Shown: one piece after another, positions 1-9,056 of the stretch | Layout: every line of letters starts with the position of its first letter | Position numbering within the stretch: the stretch's first letter is position 1 | NCBI RefSeq assembly: GCF_029232205.1 | Contig: NZ_CP107255.1 | Location: 411,781-475,780, forward strand | Reading direction: 5' to 3' | DNA: 64,000 bases | DNA from: Candidatus Nanohalovita haloferacivicina | Lineage (GTDB): Archaea; Nanohalarchaeota; Nanosalinia; Nanosalinales; Nanosalinaceae | Position numbers and translations under genes: made by a program | Notes under the pieces: model-generated | Seen by the model: only the letters and a program-made list of their open reading frames with translations | Database searches by the model: none | What the model was told of the DNA's origin: nothing

Positions 1-369
1 AGGCGGAAACCACTTATCCAGAGAATGAGAGTAGACTCCCTTGTCAGTAGTACCTTCCCACGGCCTCTCCTCAAGGCCTCCACCAAGAATATCAATCCAT
101 GAATGAAGCCAGGCAGAAGCCGTAAAGTAAGAGGCCAGAACAACGTAGTAGTTTCCTGTAGCTGCAGCCGCACCAATCAATACCGATGAAAGAACAGTAT
201 AACCTACTGGAAAATGCAGACTCTCGCGGTGCTTCCACGCCAGATCAAGATCGGGGAAAAGGCCTCCAAGAAAACCTGCTGCAACTGCTGCCAGAAAAAG
301 TTCTGGCGTGAAAAACATGCTTGAAGCACCCAGAAGGCCTCCCATCAGTGCGTGTGTAACTCCCATCAT
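1..369 (-). CDS. partial (C-terminus off-window) membrane-bound metal-dependent hydrolase-like protein
   Basis: Minus-strand ORF truncated by the window edge, so absent from the ORF track. Translation starts MMGVTHALMGGLLGASSMFF...GLFPDLDLAWKHRESLHFP. A hydrophobic N-terminus plus a His/Asp-rich loop resembles YdjM/DUF457-type membrane hydrolases. Coordinates counted by hand (+/-2). Confidence 0.35.
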   Translation of the reverse strand, partial: MMGVTHALMGGLLGASSMFFTPELFLAAVAAGFLGGLFPDLDLAWKHRESLHFPVGYTVLSSVLIGAAAATGNYYVVLASYFTASAWLHSWIDILGGGLEERPWEGTTDKGVYSHSLDKWFPP

Positions 370-446
370 TTTCAGTAAAACCTCGCTTCAGCTTTCATAC
401 AGTATTTCAGCAAATCTTTTTCAATCTAGGCCTTTCTCTCCTGTTT

Positions 447-878
447 ATGTGGAAAAAAGTACTGATAGCAAGTATTCTGGTTGTCGCATCTGGCTGTGCA
501 CAGTTAACCGGCGAAGGCCCTTCCGAGGAACCTTCAGCAGCTGAAGATGCTATTAATCAGCAGGTAATTCAGGACACGGAAGTTGAGATTGTTTCAGTCT
601 ACGGTGAGAGTTCTCAGATGAATGTTGTAGCCTCCAATCAGGGTTCGACAGTTATCAAAGAAGGAGAGCTCGAGTTCACTCTGGACAGAAACGGCCAGGA
701 AACGGTTCTTGAATGTGAGAACCCGGAACTGGATGCAGGAGACACTTTCACCTGTCAGACAACTCAACAATTTCCGGATCAACAATCATCTTTCGAGATC
801 AGCGTTGAATTCAAAGACACAGTTCTGACAACTGCAGAGTGTACTGTAGAATCAGAGGTAGCAGCAACCTGTCAGTAG
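447..878 (+). CDS. putative secreted lipoprotein (acidic)
   Basis: N-terminal signal peptide MWKKVLIASILVVASGC with a lipobox-like ASGC. The rest is acidic and Thr/Glu-rich, with several Cys. Confidence 0.5.
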   Translation: MWKKVLIASILVVASGCAQLTGEGPSEEPSAAEDAINQQVIQDTEVEIVSVYGESSQMNVVASNQGSTVIKEGELEFTLDRNGQETVLECENPELDAGDTFTCQTTQQFPDQQSSFEISVEFKDTVLTTAECTVESEVAATCQ

Positions 879-927
879 TTGTCACTGAAAAAACATAAAA
901 AATTCTGCTTTCCTTTTTTCTTTCTAT

Positions 928-1368
928 ATGACTGACAAACTCTACCACGGAAGAGGCGATGAAGGCCTTAGAGATATTGCTGAAACAGGTATTATCCAGG
1001 GCCATCCGATTGATGACGACGATGTTTTCCCGAGGATGGGTCTTGAAAGAGACTCCTATGACAAGGATCAGGCTATCTGGGTAACTGATAGCAGAGCATG
1101 CGCGAAGGCCTATGCATGGGGAGGAGGATACCTGGAAATTAATCCTGAAAATGTAAAAGTGATAGAGGACTCTGACTCGTGCTACGATGTAATAATGAGG
1201 GAGGAACTTCCTCTGCATCATGTAGAGAGAATAATGGTGGAGAACAGGGAAGGGCCTAGAGATGAACCTCAGAGAGATCTGGATATAGAAATAGCGAATC
1301 TACTGGATGAAGAACACCAGGACATAAAGATCGGATCTTACGAACCGAACGATCTAACTATAGAATAA
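928..1368 (+). CDS. hypothetical acidic protein
   Basis: 146-aa ORF with coherent acidic composition and no recognisable motif. Confidence 0.4.
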   Translation: MTDKLYHGRGDEGLRDIAETGIIQGHPIDDDDVFPRMGLERDSYDKDQAIWVTDSRACAKAYAWGGGYLEINPENVKVIEDSDSCYDVIMREELPLHHVERIMVENREGPRDEPQRDLDIEIANLLDEEHQDIKIGSYEPNDLTIE

Positions 1369-1373
1369 CTTTT

Positions 1374-1625
1374 CTACTCCTCTTCTTCATCTTCCACTAA
1401 GGCATCGATCTGGTAAGTCTTCTGACACTGTGGATAGCCCTCGCATCCCCAGAAATAGCCGTAACGGCCCTCCTTAATTTTCATAGGCATTCCGCACTCT
1501 GGACAGGCCACATCTCTTGGCTCATCTTCCTTATGCTTCTTGCATACCGGCTGTCCCGCGGAATTTTTTGTAGTAGCGCTCTTCCCGCAGAACACGCATT
1601 TCGTCATTGCTGTTTCCTGTGGCAT
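1374..1625 (-). CDS. small zinc-ribbon protein (topoisomerase-type C4 zinc finger)
   Basis: Contains CVFCGK...CKKH and CPECG...GYFWGCEGYPQC. The second element matches the topoisomerase-type C4 zinc-ribbon consensus. It has an acidic EDEEEE tail. Confidence 0.55.
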   Translation of the reverse strand: MPQETAMTKCVFCGKSATTKNSAGQPVCKKHKEDEPRDVACPECGMPMKIKEGRYGYFWGCEGYPQCQKTYQIDALVEDEEEE

Positions 1626-1661
1626 AATCAGTTGTTTCCTCGCAAAGATTATAACACCGAT

Positions 1662-2585
1662 TTACTCCTTCATCTGCTTCACATACTCGGAGGCATTCAG
1701 GCCGGCCTGACAACCCTGACCAGCCGAAACCTGCAATTGCTGAACTCCAATATTGTTGACGTCGCCAGCTGCGTAAAGGCCTTCAACACCGGTCTCCATC
1801 TCTCCGTTAACCTTGATCTTTCGGGCCTCATTCTTCTCAACGAGATCTGTGATATCTGAGTTAGGCACTGTACCGATCTCCACGAAAGCACCTGTAACTT
1901 CAAGATCCTTGATCTCTCCATCCTGCTCATACTTCAGGCCTTCAAGAAGATTCTCTCCGTAGAACTCAGTGGCCTCAGCACCTCTAATAACTTCAACGTT
2001 CTCGTCATTCTCTACCTTGTCAATAGTAATCTGCTCTCCCTTCAGTACTCCTGAACGGCTCAGAACATATACTTTCTCAGCAATATCAGAAAGATAGTCA
2101 GCGGCCTCCGTTCCAGCGTATCCACCGCCTATCACAGCTACCTCTTCGCCCTGATAGAGAGGCCCGTCGCATACAGCACAGTATCCAACTCCTTTGTTTG
2201 CAAACTCTTCCTCTCCCTTGATTCCAAGCTTTCTGCGGTGACCGCCAGTAGCAATAATCACGGAACGGCCTCTGAAGACTTCTTCATCCTCTCTTTCAAC
2301 CTCGAAAATATCATCAGGTTTCCTGATGTCAGTAACTTTGTAGCCGGTTTCCTCATCTATATCGTAATCTCTCATGTGCTCAAGATATTCCTGAGCAAGA
2401 TCCGGGCCTGAAATATGTTTGAAGCCTAGGTAGTTCTCAACTACATCTGTATTGTTTATCTGGCCTCCGTACTCGTCAGCTATAACTAGAACACTTCTGC
2501 CAGCTCTTTTGGCATAGATTGCGGAAGACTGAGCTGCTGAGGCCCCGCCTACAACTATTACATCGTAAATTTTATCCTCTGACAT
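1662..2585 (-). CDS. trxB: thioredoxin-disulfide reductase
   Basis: FAD-binding motif VIVVGGASAAQSSAIYAKRAG, redox-active CAVCDG, and a second dinucleotide fold VAVIGGGYAGTEAA. The start is placed at MSEDK inside the 1662..2609 ORF. Confidence 0.85.
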   Translation of the reverse strand: MSEDKIYDVIVVGGASAAQSSAIYAKRAGRSVLVIADEYGGQINNTDVVENYLGFKHISGPDLAQEYLEHMRDYDIDEETGYKVTDIRKPDDIFEVEREDEEVFRGRSVIIATGGHRRKLGIKGEEEFANKGVGYCAVCDGPLYQGEEVAVIGGGYAGTEAADYLSDIAEKVYVLSRSGVLKGEQITIDKVENDENVEVIRGAEATEFYGENLLEGLKYEQDGEIKDLEVTGAFVEIGTVPNSDITDLVEKNEARKIKVNGEMETGVEGLYAAGDVNNIGVQQLQVSAGQGCQAGLNASEYVKQMKE

Positions 2586-2762
2586 AATGTGTGCATTGCC
2601 CCTCAACATTCAAAATACCTCGGTTTTAGATGAAAAACTCCAGAAATTTCGGCCGACTTATACACTTAAAACTTCTAGGCCACAATTTCTCATACACATC
2701 AAAAATGTGCGGCATTGAGGAAACCCATGTCTGGTTTCTGAGATCCAGCATATCTTCGATAT

Positions 2763-2833
2763 GCGGCATTGGTCCAGTGGTACGACGTCACGTTGCCAAC
2801 GTGGAGACCCGGGTTCAAGTCCCGGATGCCGCA
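2763..2833 (+). tRNA. tRNA-Gly (anticodon GCC), no encoded CCA
   Basis: Hand-folded cloverleaf. Acceptor stem GCGGCAT/ATGCCGC. Anticodon stem TCACG/CGTGG with loop TTGCCAA, giving anticodon GCC. T-arm CCGGG-TTCAAGT-CCCGG. Discriminator A. Coordinates +/-2. Confidence 0.85.
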
Positions 2834-2890
2834 TCGTGTTACGCTACGATCGCGCAATAGTCCATTCAGGAAATGGCCTCTGATTCTTCA

Positions 2891-3553
2891 TTAATTAAAT
2901 CTGATCAAAGAGCTCTTCTCGAAAACTATTTTCTTACCAAACTCCTGGTAGGCCTCTGGTGGTACACCAATATCAGCGACCAAAATTCTTCCTGAATTAC
3001 CTTCCGACATTTTATCGAAAGGTGCGGCCAGCGTAACGGTAGTGTCGGGATTAACCGCGGGACGGAAAATATCTCCAGTCTCGGCTGAAAGGCCTGTAGC
3101 AATATCAATGCTGAAAACCTGCTCAAAACTGTTGATCTCGCGGATCATTGAATCAAATGGAGGCCTTGGATCTCCAGAAAGACTGTAACCTATCAGGCCG
3201 TCAATAGCAACAGGATAATCTTTCTCTGACTCCTGAATATTTATCTCGATATCCATTTTCTTCAGTATCTCCAGCTCCTCTTTTCTCTTGCCTTCGAGGT
3301 TTTCAGAGGCCAGAACTACTTCTACCTGGAAATCCCAGTTACTGAGTCTTCGGGCTGTAACCATGCCATCGCCTCCGTTGTCGCCTTTTCCAACGTAGAC
3401 AGAAACTTTTCTCTCAACTGCATGATCTCTGACGGCCTCTGCTACCTGAAGGCCTGCGTTCTCCATCAGTCTGCCTGTGGAGATGCCGTATTTTTCAGGT
3501 ACTATTCTATCTATTTCCTCCATTTGGGCCTTCGACACCGCTTCCATTCTCAT
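2891..3553 (-). CDS. NAD(P)H-hydrate epimerase (YjeF N-terminal domain family)
   Basis: GKGDNGGDG motif and overall YjeF_N-like sequence (…VYVGKGDNGGDGMVTARRL…IDGLIGYSLSG…). Confidence 0.75.
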   Translation of the reverse strand: MRMEAVSKAQMEEIDRIVPEKYGISTGRLMENAGLQVAEAVRDHAVERKVSVYVGKGDNGGDGMVTARRLSNWDFQVEVVLASENLEGKRKEELEILKKMDIEINIQESEKDYPVAIDGLIGYSLSGDPRPPFDSMIREINSFEQVFSIDIATGLSAETGDIFRPAVNPDTTVTLAAPFDKMSEGNSGRILVADIGVPPEAYQEFGKKIVFEKSSLIRFN

Positions 3554-3590
3554 ATCTGAATTTTAGGACAGAATCAGGTAAACTTTTCCC

Positions 3591-4598
3591 CTAGACGGGT
3601 ATGAGGTTTGTAGCTCCGAAGGTTTCGGTTATCATCCAGATCAGGAAGGCTGCATAAATCAGAAGCAGGAAGTAGGCCTCTTTTCTGTAGAGTTCAAGGT
3701 CTGTTCTCAGGGTTGTGAAAAGCGAGATGGTGGCGAATGTCAGGAATCCAAACATTGGAACGGCCACTGCATAGTTGACTGGTGTGGCGCCGGCCAGTAG
3801 AACTCCGGCAGGTATGGCAATCAGGAGATCGAATACGTTACTTCCCAGGACGTTAGCCATGCTGGTAACTCCTTCTCCATCTTTCGCGGCCTTATAGCTG
3901 ACTACTGTGTCCGGAAGGCTGGTTCCCGCAGCGACAATCGTTAGGCCCCAGAGGAATGAAGGCGTATTGAAAATGTTGCCGAACTCTACAGCACTTCTTA
4001 CAAGGCCTTCAACACCGATAACAATCAGTACAAGGCTTGCTGCAAGTAAAGCCCACTGTTTTTTCTCTGCTATGTTTTCTACTCTTTCAGGCCCTCCGTC
4101 TTTCGTGTCTTCGTACTGAATGAATATGTAAAGGCCGTAGACTGCTACAGGGATAAGTGCCAGCCATCTTGTAACTTCTCCTCTGAGCTGGCCTGGTAGA
4201 GGATTGTAGATGACGGCCATGGAGAATGTAAGAAGAAGTACTGCTATGGAGAGCATGTAGAACTGGGCTTCCTTGTATACAATGTCTCTGTTGGCGTCAA
4301 TCATTTTTCCGTTTGCAATCACGCTGACTGCGGGTATTAGAAGTATGTTGAATATTGCAGATCCTACGATCGCTCCGATACCGAGCTCGAAGTTTCCGTG
4401 AACTATAACAGAGATAACTGTTGAGGAAAGCTCTGGAAAGCTGGATCCTATTGCCGCGATCACTGCTCCCTGAACCACGGCAGGAAGACCATAGTAGGCC
4501 GCTAGTTTCTCGCTGGTTTCTTCAAGCAGGCTGCTGGATTTCCAGATTAGAACTGTCGAGATAGTTGCCAGCGCTATGTAGTACAGAAGGCCTGCCAT
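3591..4598 (-). CDS. Ca2+/Na+ antiporter, CaCA family
   Basis: Polytopic membrane protein carrying the two alpha-repeat signatures GSSFPELSSTV and GTSLPDTVVS that are typical of Na+/Ca2+ exchangers (YrbG-like). Confidence 0.75.
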   Translation of the reverse strand: MAGLLYYIALATISTVLIWKSSSLLEETSEKLAAYYGLPAVVQGAVIAAIGSSFPELSSTVISVIVHGNFELGIGAIVGSAIFNILLIPAVSVIANGKMIDANRDIVYKEAQFYMLSIAVLLLTFSMAVIYNPLPGQLRGEVTRWLALIPVAVYGLYIFIQYEDTKDGGPERVENIAEKKQWALLAASLVLIVIGVEGLVRSAVEFGNIFNTPSFLWGLTIVAAGTSLPDTVVSYKAAKDGEGVTSMANVLGSNVFDLLIAIPAGVLLAGATPVNYAVAVPMFGFLTFATISLFTTLRTDLELYRKEAYFLLLIYAAFLIWMITETFGATNLIPV

Positions 4599-5095
4599 AC
4601 ACGTAACTTTTACGGCGGCTGATTTTATACTGTGAGGTTGAGGGAAGGAAAAATAGAGAGAAAAAATGTGGTGATTATATGTGGTCGGTGTGGTAGGTCT
4701 TTAACTTATCACCCTTCAAGTGGTTATGTCAGGTTTTGATTTCTCCAAGCCTTTCTAAGGCCTTGATTTCATGGCAGCGTTGATTCTAGTTCTTCTAGTG
4801 TATTTTAGTTGTTTTATTGTAGGCAGTTTTGTCCTGTGATGGATGAGGCCTGCTGGTTTCGGTTGAGTCCTTGTGCCCGAGGCCCACTGAGTTGTGAGCC
4901 AGGCCAGGTTTCCCCAACCTACTAATCCTGTATCAGAAATACAGGATATTCAGCTTGGAGATATACTTATTAAAGAAGCTCACATTGCCCCTAGATACGG
5001 TCGCAATACTGGTGCTCGTTGGATGGGCTCCGTGAGTCATATCTCTTATTTGTGATCTGGGTTTTATAAAAGTTTGCTGACAATATCTGGTGACT

Positions 5096-5896
5096 TCAGG
5101 AAAAATACGGTAATTCCTCTACAGCCATGCTGAACCTGCCATTCTGGTAAAGTGCAACACCGAAACCGGCCGCGATCAGCACTGGAACAGGATTCAGGTA
5201 GTAGAGGTTGATGAAACCCCACAGAAATACGAAACTGACCATGTCATCCAGCATGTAATCGGTCGATCTCAGACGGCTTTCAACATCGATATCGCGGAAA
5301 ACATACTCCAGTACAAGCAGACATATCGAGGCCGAAAGCAACCAGCCTGTAAAGTTGGAAAGCGGAACACCGTAGAAAAGGCCTCCTCCATAACTCCAGA
5401 TTCCGAGGGCCACGGCCGCAGGATCAAGAACTGCATCAATCAACAATACAAGGCCCACTCCTGCTAAGAACCTCTCCCAGAAATCTTTCAGATCGTAGAG
5501 TCTTACCAATAGGAAGCTGTTAAGCACCAGGGGCACGAAGAAGACTGGGAGGCCTACAGGAACGCCATGAACCATAGGACCCAGACTGATCAGATACGAG
5601 AAATCGCCGTAAGGCCATCCCGTGCTCAAGCCCACGAACTCGATAAGATATGCATACAGCGAGATTGCCAGAATTCCTATTCCTGCCTTTCTATCAATCA
5701 AAGGCCTCAGGCCCGCTATCAATGGAGTTCTCATTACCAGTGTTCCGAAAAGTATGAAGAAGGGATTGAACTCGAGAAAACCTGGTAGAAGGCCTTCAGC
5801 AGATGCCAGAAATGTTGCAGCTCCGACAATAGGAAAAACCACGGATATTGTAAATCTGTTTTCTGAAACCAGTTCCTCAAGCCTATCCATGAACAA
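5096..5896 (-). CDS. cruF: putative carotenoid hydratase CruF-like integral membrane protein (bisanhydrobacterioruberin hydratase)
   Basis: 266-aa polytopic membrane protein. Its start overlaps the upstream UbiA-type elongase gene. Its position in a lyeJ-crtD-cruF arrangement matches haloarchaeal C50-carotenoid clusters. No unique motif was verified. Confidence 0.55.
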   Translation of the reverse strand: MFMDRLEELVSENRFTISVVFPIVGAATFLASAEGLLPGFLEFNPFFILFGTLVMRTPLIAGLRPLIDRKAGIGILAISLYAYLIEFVGLSTGWPYGDFSYLISLGPMVHGVPVGLPVFFVPLVLNSFLLVRLYDLKDFWERFLAGVGLVLLIDAVLDPAAVALGIWSYGGGLFYGVPLSNFTGWLLSASICLLVLEYVFRDIDVESRLRSTDYMLDDMVSFVFLWGFINLYYLNPVPVLIAAGFGVALYQNGRFSMAVEELPYFS

Positions 5897-6716
5897 GCAC
5901 CCACAGACCGGCCAGAGTCAGAACCATTCCAGCTAGAGAATTGATGTAGGGATAATACCAGTAGGCCTCCGAATCACTGAGATTGGAAAGATAGAAACCA
6001 ATACAGAGCAGAGGATAAATACTCATCAAAGCTCCTGCATAAAGATTGTAGAGGCCTGCAAGCAATGCGGCTACGGTCCAGAGAACAGTACAGTAGATGA
6101 AAGTATTCTTTCTCTCAAGGAAAGTAGCCGTGGTCGAAACACCGGCCTCCCTATCGGGCTCAATATCTGGAATAGCGGAGAAAGTATGCATCGCCATCGA
6201 CCAGGCCCAGCCAGCAGCCAGAACTGTTAAAGGAGGCCAGCTACCGGTAACAGCGCTGTAAGCTACTCCCAACGGCAGGATGTAGAGGCCATTGCTGATA
6301 GAGTCCAGGAAAGGCCTTGCCTTGAACCTGAACGGTGGGGTGCTGTAAGCAACCGACAATGCAAGGAATCCGATCATGAATGGCCATGCAGCTCCTGCAA
6401 GAGGTACAGTCACAGGGATTGAGGTTACTGTTGCTGCCACTATGATTGAATCTGTGAAGCTGCTGGCCCTGTAGGCCTCTTCCTTATCATCCTTCTTCGG
6501 GTTTTTCTCGTCGATATCCCTATCGAAGTAATCGTTGATTCCGTACAGCATGATGTTGGCGGGAATCAAAAAGTAGAGGAATATCAGGAAGTTCTCAACA
6601 GTAAATAATTGTTCAACTGATTCTGCGCCAAGAACCATTCCAAGGATTGCAGGGCCTGCCAGATAAAGCCAGAAACGAGGCCTTGACATTTTCAGTATGT
6701 ATTTCAGGTCATTCAA
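5883..6716 (-). CDS. lyeJ: UbiA-family prenyltransferase, lycopene elongase/hydratase-like
   Basis: Membrane protein with the UbiA aspartate-rich motif NDYFDRDID. It sits between desaturase and CruF-like genes. Confidence 0.7.
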   Translation of the reverse strand: MNDLKYILKMSRPRFWLYLAGPAILGMVLGAESVEQLFTVENFLIFLYFLIPANIMLYGINDYFDRDIDEKNPKKDDKEEAYRASSFTDSIIVAATVTSIPVTVPLAGAAWPFMIGFLALSVAYSTPPFRFKARPFLDSISNGLYILPLGVAYSAVTGSWPPLTVLAAGWAWSMAMHTFSAIPDIEPDREAGVSTTATFLERKNTFIYCTVLWTVAALLAGLYNLYAGALMSIYPLLCIGFYLSNLSDSEAYWYYPYINSLAGMVLTLAGLWVLVHG

Positions 6717-8184
6717 GGTCTTCTTCCACCTTTTCAGCTACGTGCTCTCCGCTGATCAGGCACATCGGCATTCCGATACCGGGATTGGTGTACTGACCTG
6801 TGTAGTAAAGGCCTGGCATCTTCTTCGATCTCTGTTTAGGCCTGAATACAGATGTCTGTCTCAATGTGTGAGCTATGCCGAGTGCTGTGCCGTTGAAGCT
6901 GTTGTAGCGTTTTTTGAACTCTTCTCCAGCAAAGATTCTTTCGTAATCGATCCTTTCTCTGAGGTCTTCGCCTGTGTTCTCAGCAAGATCATCCAGCACC
7001 AGTTCTCTGAACTCTTTTCTCTGTTCTTCATCAAGTTCCAAGTCCGCTGCGATTGGAACAAGAATAAACAGTGCGGAATGACCTTCTGGAGCCACTGTGT
7101 CATCGGTCTCTGAAGGATTGCAGACGTAGTATGCAGGGTTTTCTGGTAGGGCGGGTTCGTCGAATATTCTGTCAAAGTGATCGTCCCACTCCTCTGGAAG
7201 AACCAGTGTGTGATGATCTAGGTTCTCGAGATCTCCTTCAACACCTAGATACATCAGGAATGCTGAAGGAGCATAGGTCCTGGACTCCCAGTAATCTCTG
7301 TCATAAGTTGTGTATTCGTCCGGAAGAAGCTCTGTCTCGGCAAATGCATAGTCGGCGTTCGAAACTACAGCATCGCACTCGACTGTTCTAGTATCTGTTA
7401 CAACTGTATTCTTTCCTTCGACTCTGTTAATCTTCCTGACCTCTTCGTTTGTCGATATCTCTACGCCTTTCTCCTCTGCCAGCTCTTCCATGGCCTCGAT
7501 AACGGAGTAAATACCTCCTTCAGGATAGTAAACTCCCATGTTAAAGTCAACGTGACTCATCAGGTTGTAAAGCGCTGGTGTGTTTTCAGGTGACCCTCCA
7601 AGAAATACAAGAGTGTACTGCATAACCTGCTGAAGCTTTGGATTATCGAAGTACTCCTCAACGTGATCCTGCATCTTCTTGATCAACGAAATCCCACGAG
7701 CATTCCGCAGAACATCCAGAGACACGTAGTCCCGGAAATTGTTTCTGTCTTTCAGAACAAACTCGTTCATACCGATCTCATAAGTCTCCTCGGACTTCTC
7801 AAGATATCTCTGGAACTGCTCTGCAGCACCGTCCTCGTACTCCTCAAAGAGCTCTCCGGCCTCATCAGGATCAGCAGGCACATCCATCAAGTCGCCATCC
7901 TTGAAGAAAATCCTGTAGTTAGGATCCAGGCGGTGAAGCTCGTAGAACTCCTCAGGATCACGATCAAACTTGTTGAAAAATCTCTCGAAAATATCAGGCA
8001 TCAGGTACCATGAAGGCCCCATATCAAACCTGTAGTCATCTTCCTCAAGCACAGAGGCTCTCCCACCAACCTCGTGATTTTTCTCTATTAATTCAACGTT
8101 GAAACCGCTGTCAGCGAGGAAACAGGCCGCTGATAGGCCTCCAAATCCTCCACCAACTACTATAATATCTTTTTCCGTGCCCAC
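6709..8184 (-). CDS. crtD: FAD-dependent carotenoid desaturase (phytoene desaturase family; CrtD-like 3,4-desaturase)
   Basis: N-terminal Rossmann motif IIVVGGGFGGLSAACFLADSGFNVELIEKNHEVGGRA. It is CrtI-family length at 491 aa, and adjacent to lyeJ. Confidence 0.7.
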   Translation of the reverse strand: MGTEKDIIVVGGGFGGLSAACFLADSGFNVELIEKNHEVGGRASVLEEDDYRFDMGPSWYLMPDIFERFFNKFDRDPEEFYELHRLDPNYRIFFKDGDLMDVPADPDEAGELFEEYEDGAAEQFQRYLEKSEETYEIGMNEFVLKDRNNFRDYVSLDVLRNARGISLIKKMQDHVEEYFDNPKLQQVMQYTLVFLGGSPENTPALYNLMSHVDFNMGVYYPEGGIYSVIEAMEELAEEKGVEISTNEEVRKINRVEGKNTVVTDTRTVECDAVVSNADYAFAETELLPDEYTTYDRDYWESRTYAPSAFLMYLGVEGDLENLDHHTLVLPEEWDDHFDRIFDEPALPENPAYYVCNPSETDDTVAPEGHSALFILVPIAADLELDEEQRKEFRELVLDDLAENTGEDLRERIDYERIFAGEEFKKRYNSFNGTALGIAHTLRQTSVFRPKQRSKKMPGLYYTGQYTNPGIGMPMCLISGEHVAEKVEEDLE

Positions 8185-8237
8185 ACGCTAGTTGTGAGCT
8201 ACTTATTTTAAATCGGTTTTCGATAAAAATATTTGAT
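8185..8237. promoter_or_regulatory. divergent promoter region between crtD-lyeJ-cruF and crtB-GGPPS operons
   Basis: A 53-bp AT-rich spacer (ttattttaaat…ataaaaatattt) with TATA-like elements facing both directions. Confidence 0.4.
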
Positions 8238-9056
8238 ATGGATTCTGAACTTCAGGAGGTCTTCAAAAACAACTCAACCTCCTACTACTACAGCAGCCTC
8301 TTTTTCCCAGAAAAAGTCAAAGAGGACGTATTCAAACTTTATGCATACGTAAGAACAGCCGATGACTTCGTAGATGAGGAACCGCAGGACGAGGAAGGCC
8401 TGAAAGAGTTCAGAGAAAAAACAATGAACAACTGGGACTCAGGAAAGTCAGGGGACAAAATAGTTGACAGCTTCCTGGAAGTAGCCCGGAAAAAAGATTT
8501 CCACAGAGAATGGGTAGAGGCCTTCCTGGACTCAATGGAGGCCGACCTGCACAAATCAAACTACGTAACAATACAGGAAACCTTGGAGTACATCCACGGA
8601 TCCGCTGAAGTCATCGGACTAATGATGGCTGCACTTCTGGAACTTGACGAAGACTCTTACCAGTACGCAGAAATGCTCGGAAGATCAATGCAGTACTGCA
8701 ACTTCCTCCGCGACATCAAGGAAGACAACGAACTCGGAAGAGAGTATCTGCCGGACGAAGAACTGGAGAAATATGGTCTCGACGGCCTGGACGAAGCTGA
8801 TATCGATGACGAAGACTTCAAGGAATTCATGAGAGACCAGATCCAGCTTTACAGAGAATGGCAGAAAGAAGCCGAAAAAGGCCTGAAATACATTCCTTAC
8901 AGAGTCAGAATCCCGGTAATTCTCTCATCCAGACTGTACAAATGGACTGCGAAAAAGATTGAAAAGAACCCGATGAAGGTTTACAGGAAAAAAGTAAGGC
9001 CTTCAAAGCCGAGAATTCTATTCGAACTACTGAAATCTTTGAGAGGTCGAAACTAG
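8238..9056 (+). CDS. crtB: phytoene synthase
   Basis: Squalene/phytoene synthase family. Motifs: YAYVRTADDFVDE (Asp-rich motif 1) and YCNFLRDIKEDNELGREY. Confidence 0.85.
   Translation: MDSELQEVFKNNSTSYYYSSLFFPEKVKEDVFKLYAYVRTADDFVDEEPQDEEGLKEFREKTMNNWDSGKSGDKIVDSFLEVARKKDFHREWVEAFLDSMEADLHKSNYVTIQETLEYIHGSAEVIGLMMAALLELDEDSYQYAEMLGRSMQYCNFLRDIKEDNELGREYLPDEELEKYGLDGLDEADIDDEDFKEFMRDQIQLYREWQKEAEKGLKYIPYRVRIPVILSSRLYKWTAKKIEKNPMKVYRKKVRPSKPRILFELLKSLRGRN

Noticed and set aside
2630-2860. 76-aa ORF on the plus strand
   Set aside because: It overlaps the well-formed tRNA-Gly gene and the trxB promoter region, with no codon bias. It is a spurious ORF.
4830-4920. Possible SRP RNA or RNase P RNA in the long intergenic region
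   Set aside because: The CCAGGCCAGG segment is reminiscent of the SRP helix-8 region, but the conserved GGAA/AGCA apical motifs and the 5' domain are absent. It is kept only as a generic ncRNA candidate.
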